A DNA stretch of 64,000 nt from an uncultured Methylomirabilota bacterium (GTDB lineage: Bacteria; Methylomirabilota; Methylomirabilia; Methylomirabilales; 2-02-FULL-66-22), in contig CAWJSJ010000005.1 in the NCBI GenBank assembly GCA_963845565.1, forward strand, positions 800,001 through 864,000, read 5' to 3'. Positions 58,969-64,000 of the stretch are shown here, piece after piece. The notes beneath the pieces are model-generated. The model worked only from the letters and a program-made list of their open reading frames with translations. It had not been told where the DNA came from and ran no database searches. The position numbers and the translations under genes are program-made. The stretch's first letter is position 1, and each line of letters opens with the position of its first letter.

Positions 58969-60666
58969 ATGAGGGCGCGCATCCTGGCGATCTTCCTCAT
59001 CCTCCTGCTGGGTCTCGGCGGCGTTGCCGCAAAGCTGTTCAGCATCCAGATCCAGCACGGAGATCGCCTGACCGAGCGGGCGACCAAGCAGTACCACCGC
59101 TTGGTGCCGCTGGTGTCCCGACGCGGGACGATTTCCGACCGGGCCGGACGCGAGCTGGCAGTCAGCTTGCGGGTGTCGTCTGTCTTTGCGCAGCCGGGTG
59201 CGATTGCGAATCCGGCCGGCACGGCACGCGCCCTGGCCCCGATCCTGGGCCAACCGGTCAGGGAAATCCAGGCACACCTCAGCGCCGAGAAGACCTTCGT
59301 CTGGCTTCAGCGGCAGCTGGAGCCACGGCAGGCGGAGGCGATCAGCGACCTCGGCCTCAAGGGAATCGGCCTGTTTCCGGAAAGCCGCCGCTATTATCCC
59401 CGCCAGGAACTGGCCGCCCACGTCCTGGGCATGGTCGGCCTCGACGACCGCGGCCTGGAGGGGGTTGAACACCTCTACGACGACCTCCTCGGGGGAAAGC
59501 CGCAGTTCGTGGTCGCTCAGCAGGACGCCCTGGGACGGTTGGTCTTCCGCCAAGAAGAGCCGGAACCCAAGACCCCCATCTTCGACGTCCGCCTGACCAT
59601 CGATGAAGTGCTGCAATACATCACCGAACGCGAACTGGCACGGGCCGTGGCGCGCTCGGGGGCCAAGGCGGGGACGGCGGTCATTCTGGACCCCCATAGC
59701 GGCGAGATCCTGGCCCTGGCTAACCAGCCGACGTTCGACCCCAACCAGTACAAGAAAGCGACCAGCGCCGCCAAGCGGAACCGCGCGGCGGCCGATTACC
59801 TCGAGCCGGGGTCGATCTTCAAGGTGATCCTGGCGGCCGGCGCCCTGGAAGAGGGGGCGATTCGTCCCACCGACCAGTTTCATGGCGAGAACGGCTCCAT
59901 CGCGGTGGGCGGCGTGACCATCCGGGATCACGAGAAGTACGGCTGGCTCACCGTCCGGCAGATCATGGCCCAATCCAGCAACGTGGGGGCGATCAAGATC
60001 GGGCAGAAGCTCGGGAAGAGCCTGTATTACCATTATATGAGCGCCTTCGGGTTCGGCAGCCTCACGGGAGTGGATCTGCCGGGGGAGACGCCGGGCCTGA
60101 TGCGACGGCCCAAGGGGTGGTCGGCGCTCTCCCTCCCCGTCCTGTCGCTGGGGCAAGAGGTCTCCGTGACCCCCATCCAGTTCGCGACCGCATTCGCCGC
60201 CGTCGCCAACGGCGGTAACCTGATGCGCCCCCACGTGATCCGCAACCTGCGCACGCCGGACGGGACGCAGGTGCGAGACACGGGGCCGGTGGTGGTGCGC
60301 CGGGTCATTTCCGAATCCACCGCACGCACACTCTTGGAGATGTTGACCAGCGTGGTCGACGAGGGTACGGGAAAGGAAGCGGCCGTGCCGGGATACGCCG
60401 TGGCGGGCAAGACGGGAACCGCGCAGAAGGTCGATCCGGCGACGGGTCGCTACTCGCATCGCAAGATTGTGGCGTCGTTCGTCGGAGCGGTCCCGGCCGA
60501 GGAGCCGCGCCTGGTGATCCTGGTGATGATCGACGAACCGGAAACGCTCCGGTGGGGAGGATCCATTGCCGCCCCCACCTTCCGCGAGATCGCGCGAGAC
60601 GCCCTCAAGTACTTGAGGGTGCCTCCCTCGCCCTCGCGAAACGTGCGGCTGGTGCGAGCCGGCTAG
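58969..60666 (+). CDS. ftsI: Class B penicillin-binding protein (FtsI/PBP3)
   Basis: RGTISDR, RRYYP, GLEGVE, LTID, EPGSIFK (SxxK), SSN (SxN), GKTGTAQK. Confidence 0.93.
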   Translation: MRARILAIFLILLLGLGGVAAKLFSIQIQHGDRLTERATKQYHRLVPLVSRRGTISDRAGRELAVSLRVSSVFAQPGAIANPAGTARALAPILGQPVREIQAHLSAEKTFVWLQRQLEPRQAEAISDLGLKGIGLFPESRRYYPRQELAAHVLGMVGLDDRGLEGVEHLYDDLLGGKPQFVVAQQDALGRLVFRQEEPEPKTPIFDVRLTIDEVLQYITERELARAVARSGAKAGTAVILDPHSGEILALANQPTFDPNQYKKATSAAKRNRAAADYLEPGSIFKVILAAGALEEGAIRPTDQFHGENGSIAVGGVTIRDHEKYGWLTVRQIMAQSSNVGAIKIGQKLGKSLYYHYMSAFGFGSLTGVDLPGETPGLMRRPKGWSALSLPVLSLGQEVSVTPIQFATAFAAVANGGNLMRPHVIRNLRTPDGTQVRDTGPVVVRRVISESTARTLLEMLTSVVDEGTGKEAAVPGYAVAGKTGTAQKVDPATGRYSHRKIVASFVGAVPAEEPRLVILVMIDEPETLRWGGSIAAPTFREIARDALKYLRVPPSPSRNVRLVRAG

Positions 60667-60773
60667 GATCATGGCAAACCGGCGACTCGGCATATAGGCG
60701 ATCGGGCGGTCGCGTAGCCGGTCCTCCCAGTCGCCCAATTGTCTGATTGCTGTGTGTCTGGGATGGGGGCGAC

Positions 60774-62306
60774 ATGCGATTGCGCGAAATGCTCTCCGAG
60801 GTCGCCGGTGCTCAGGTCGCCGGGTCCGGCGAGATTGACATCACCGGGGTGGACCATGATTCGCGCACGGCCATCCCCGGCTCGCTCTTCGTGTGCATCC
60901 GCGGTTTCCGCCAGGACGGTCATGCCTTCATCGCCGACGCCGTGGCGCGCGGGGCGGTGGCGGTCGTCGTCGAGGACGACCCCGCGCGACTTCCCGTCCC
61001 GGCCGGCGTCACCGTCATTCGGGTTCCCGATAGCCGATCGGCGCTGGCGCGTCTGGCGGCTCGCTTTTTCAAGCATCCCAGCCGACAACTTCGCCTGGTC
61101 GGCGTGACCGGCACCAACGGAAAGACCACCACGGCGCATCTCGTGGAATCCATCCTGCGCGCTGCGGGGCATCGGGTCGGTCTGCTGGGGACCATCGAGT
61201 ACCGGTGCGGGGTGGCCACGTTCCCCGGAGAGCGAACCACGCCGGAGGCCAGCGATCTGCAACGTCTCCTGGGGCGCATGCGCGACATCGGCGCCTGGGG
61301 CGCGGCAATGGAAGTCTCGTCGCATTCCTTGATGCTGCACCGGGTGGAGGCATGCGAATTCGACGTCGGCGTCTTCACCAACCTCACACAGGACCACCTG
61401 GACTTCCACGGGACCATGGAGGGATACGCCGAGGCGAAGGCCCGCCTCTTCCAGGGCCTGGGCCGCGACCGCATCAAGCCGGGTGTGGCGGCGGCCGTCC
61501 TGAACGCCGACGATCCGTGGTCCGGCTTCATGGCCGGGCACACGGTGGCGCGGGTCGTCCGGTTCGGACTCACTTCTCCGGCCGAGATCCGCCCCCGTGA
61601 GATGCAGTTCGATCTGGCAGGCATTCGGGCGGCGGTGGAGTCTCCCTGGGGCTCTTTCGGCGTGGTCTCCGCGCTGGTCGGGCGGCATAACCTGGCGAAC
61701 ATCCTCGGCGCAGCGGGGGCGTGCCTGCATCTCGGAATCCCCCGCTCGGTGGTGGAGGCGGGGATCGCGAATCTGGCAGCCGTGCCCGGCCGCTTCGAGA
61801 AAGTCGACGCGGGCCAGCCGTTCGGTGTGGTGGTGGACTACGCGCACACTCCCGACGCCCTGGAACGGATCCTGACCTTTGCCCGCGAGTACGCCCCGGG
61901 CCGCCTGCTGGTCGTCTTCGGCTGCGGAGGGGATCGGGATCGAGGTAAGCGGCCGCGCATGGGTGAAGCCGCCGCGCGCCTTGCCGACCTGCTCTTTCTG
62001 ACCTCGGACAATCCCCGCAGCGAAGAGCCGGAATTCATCCTCAAAGAAATCGCCTCGGGCATCAAAAAGACGTTCGCTGACGGCAAGGGTCATGCTACAA
62101 TTCCGGACAGACGCGAGGCCATCGGTGCCGCCTTGGCGAACGCGCGGGGCGGCGATTTGGTGGTGATCGCAGGCAAAGGGCACGAAACCTACCAGATTCT
62201 CCGCGACCGCACGATCCCCTTCGACGACCGAGTGGTGGCACGCGAGGCGCTGACAGCCCTGGGCTACGGCGTTCCGGTGCGCGGTTCTCTCACCGAGGAC
62301 CGCTGA
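60774..62306 (+). CDS. murE: UDP-MurNAc-L-Ala-D-Glu--meso-DAP ligase
   Basis: GVTGTNGKTT, TTPE, MEVSSH, TNLTQDHLDFH, VDYAHTPD, DNPR (DAP-specific), AGKGHE. Confidence 0.97.
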   Translation: MRLREMLSEVAGAQVAGSGEIDITGVDHDSRTAIPGSLFVCIRGFRQDGHAFIADAVARGAVAVVVEDDPARLPVPAGVTVIRVPDSRSALARLAARFFKHPSRQLRLVGVTGTNGKTTTAHLVESILRAAGHRVGLLGTIEYRCGVATFPGERTTPEASDLQRLLGRMRDIGAWGAAMEVSSHSLMLHRVEACEFDVGVFTNLTQDHLDFHGTMEGYAEAKARLFQGLGRDRIKPGVAAAVLNADDPWSGFMAGHTVARVVRFGLTSPAEIRPREMQFDLAGIRAAVESPWGSFGVVSALVGRHNLANILGAAGACLHLGIPRSVVEAGIANLAAVPGRFEKVDAGQPFGVVVDYAHTPDALERILTFAREYAPGRLLVVFGCGGDRDRGKRPRMGEAAARLADLLFLTSDNPRSEEPEFILKEIASGIKKTFADGKGHATIPDRREAIGAALANARGGDLVVIAGKGHETYQILRDRTIPFDDRVVAREALTALGYGVPVRGSLTEDR

Positions 62307-62318
62307 TGGGGCGTTTCC

Positions 62319-63086
62319 GTGTTGATCAGGATCAACGGACTGGACACGTTTTATCAATTGACGGGTCGGGGCGACCCGGTGGTCCTGTTGCATGGGTGGG
62401 GTGCCTCGAGCCAGAGCCTGGACGGCGTGGTCGGCTGCCTGGGATCGACCTTTCGGGTCCTGTCCGTGGATCTGCCCGGTTTCGGGTGGAGCCAGGCGCC
62501 GGCGGGCGCCTGGGGGATCGGGGAGTATGCGGACCATGTCCGACAACTCTTGAAACAGGTTGGCATTGGGACGACGGTACTCCTGGGTCACTCGTTCGGC
62601 GGGCGGATCGCCATTCACCTCGCCTCGCACTATCCCGGCCTGGTCTCGCGTTTGATTCTGGTGGCCAGCGCGGGCGTGCGGCCAACGCGAGGTGCCGGAT
62701 ACCACCTCCGGGTCGGCGTCACGAAGGCGCTTCGGTCTCTGCTGCGCGTGCCCGGATTGGGCGGCGTGGGGGACCGGCTCGGGTCGCGGTGGCGGGCACG
62801 GGTGGGGTCACGGGATTATCTCGCCGCGGGCCCGCTCCGGCCGACGCTTGTCAAGGTTGTGAATGAGGATCTGACGTCGATGCTGGCCATGGTCCAAGCA
62901 CCGACTCTTCTCCTGTGGGGCGACCAGGATCAGGAGGTGCGGCGCCCGGCCGTCGAGGTCATGGCCGCGAAGATCCCCCGGGCCCGATTGACCGTGTTTC
63001 CCGGGGCAGGTCATTTCCCGTTCCAGGATGCGCCGGAGAATTTCTGCGAGGCGGTGTTGGCGTTTCTGCGGGAGGGTCAGGCGTGA
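62319..63086 (+). CDS. Alpha/beta-fold hydrolase
   Basis: LLHGWG, DLPGFG.S, GHSFGG nucleophile elbow, LLWGDQD, AGHFPF. Confidence 0.92.
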   Translation: MLIRINGLDTFYQLTGRGDPVVLLHGWGASSQSLDGVVGCLGSTFRVLSVDLPGFGWSQAPAGAWGIGEYADHVRQLLKQVGIGTTVLLGHSFGGRIAIHLASHYPGLVSRLILVASAGVRPTRGAGYHLRVGVTKALRSLLRVPGLGGVGDRLGSRWRARVGSRDYLAAGPLRPTLVKVVNEDLTSMLAMVQAPTLLLWGDQDQEVRRPAVEVMAAKIPRARLTVFPGAGHFPFQDAPENFCEAVLAFLREGQA

Positions 63087-63108
63087 ACGCGTCGGGCGGG
63101 ATCCGCCG

Positions 63109-64000
63109 ATGACATGGCTCGGCAGAGCGGCCGGATTGCTGATCCCCTACGGGGTCGTGGTGGGTCTGCGCTGCCTGGACTGTCTCTACATCCTGCAGTT
63201 GGAACGGTACAAGCCGGACCGATACCAGAGTTGGCTGGCGAGCCATCGGCGTATCCTGGTTCCCCGGGGCGAGATCGCCCTGCAGGTCCTGACCGCCGTC
63301 GCCGCCGCGGCGCTGATCGGATTCCATTGGGTTGTGCCGGTCGCCGTCTGGGTCCTGACGGGCCATCTGGTTCGCCGCCGCCGCCGATCGATGCAGGTGA
63401 GCCAGCGGCTGCAGCGGACGGCCCGCGCGATTCGGGTGGGGGCGATGGCGCTCGGGATCGCCGTCGCCGTCGTCGCCGCGGTCCTGCTGGCGGCCGGGCT
63501 GGTATTCATCGCGCCGGCGGCCACGCTGATCGTCGGAGGGATCGCAGCGCTGGCCGTGGTTGGGATCGCGACTCCCGGCATCGTCCTGCTCGCGGCGTAC
63601 GCCATCCTCCCCTGGGAAGACGCCGTTGCGAAGCGTTTCCTGGGCGAGGCGGACCGGCGGATGCGCCGGTTTCCGGGCCGAGTGCTGGGGATCACGGGGA
63701 GCTACGGGAAGACGAGCATGAAGTACGTCGTGGCCGACCTCCTGTCGGCGCGGTACCGGGTGCTGAAGACTCCCGCGGGCGTCAACACCACGATGGGGAT
63801 CACCCGCGTCGTCCGCGAAGACCTGCGGGACGATCACGAGGTCTTCGTGGTGGAAATGTCCGCCTACGGGCCCGGCGAGATCCGCGACGTCTGCGACCTC
63901 GTGCACCCGTCGCTGGGCATTTTGACGGCGGTGGGGGTACAGCACCTGGAGCGGTTCGGCACCCCGGAGCGCATTGCCGAGGCGAAGTACGAACTGCTCG
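63109..64000 (+). CDS. murF: Membrane-anchored MurF-like Mur ligase, partial (runs off the window end)
   Basis: Open frame from ATG 63109: hydrophobic N-terminal region with YILQLERYK and LQRTAR motifs, then GITGSYGKTS, KTPAGVNT.MG, FVVEMSA...GEI, TAVG.QHLE.FG...I..AKYEL. Confidence 0.8.
   Translation, partial: MTWLGRAAGLLIPYGVVVGLRCLDCLYILQLERYKPDRYQSWLASHRRILVPRGEIALQVLTAVAAAALIGFHWVVPVAVWVLTGHLVRRRRRSMQVSQRLQRTARAIRVGAMALGIAVAVVAAVLLAAGLVFIAPAATLIVGGIAALAVVGIATPGIVLLAAYAILPWEDAVAKRFLGEADRRMRRFPGRVLGITGSYGKTSMKYVVADLLSARYRVLKTPAGVNTTMGITRVVREDLRDDHEVFVVEMSAYGPGEIRDVCDLVHPSLGILTAVGVQHLERFGTPERIAEAKYELL

Overview
GC-rich bacterial chromosomal window, mostly core genes on the + strand: speE-like 3' end, a fold-I basic amino-acid decarboxylase, secDF, recJ, gmhA, a D,D-carboxypeptidase, LysM protein-dprA-topA-trmFO, xerC-hslVU, a REC-GAF regulator, argB-argD-argF-SDR-argH, an LptM-motif/FN3 lipoprotein, lysA-dapA-dapB-dapL, folB-folK-dNK-panC, and the start of the dcw cluster. 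Two accessory regions interrupt conserved synteny. (1) About 8 kb between trmFO and xerC is a defence island: pRiA4b-ORF3-like gene, MNT antitoxin, a truncated HEPN fused in frame to a Type III Mod, and a Type III Res; Mod and Res are riddled with indels. (2) About 15 kb between the lipoprotein and lysA holds small orphans, an ArnA-type formyltransferase, and a minus-strand catabolic cluster: two duplicated TRAP transporters with near-identical promoters, an atypical transaldolase-family protein, amidohydrolase, class III aminotransferase and SIS protein, plus a divergent Fe-S aldo/keto reductase. The dcw cluster is unusual: a 58-aa ORF and a degenerate STAS protein sit between mraZ and rsmH, and an alpha/beta hydrolase plus a membrane-anchored MurF-like ligase follow murE. 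Two families of palindromic intergenic repeats occur. Many single-base frameshifts look like long-read consensus errors. No rRNA, tRNA or CRISPR array was seen. All calls come from motif recognition by eye; no database search was run.
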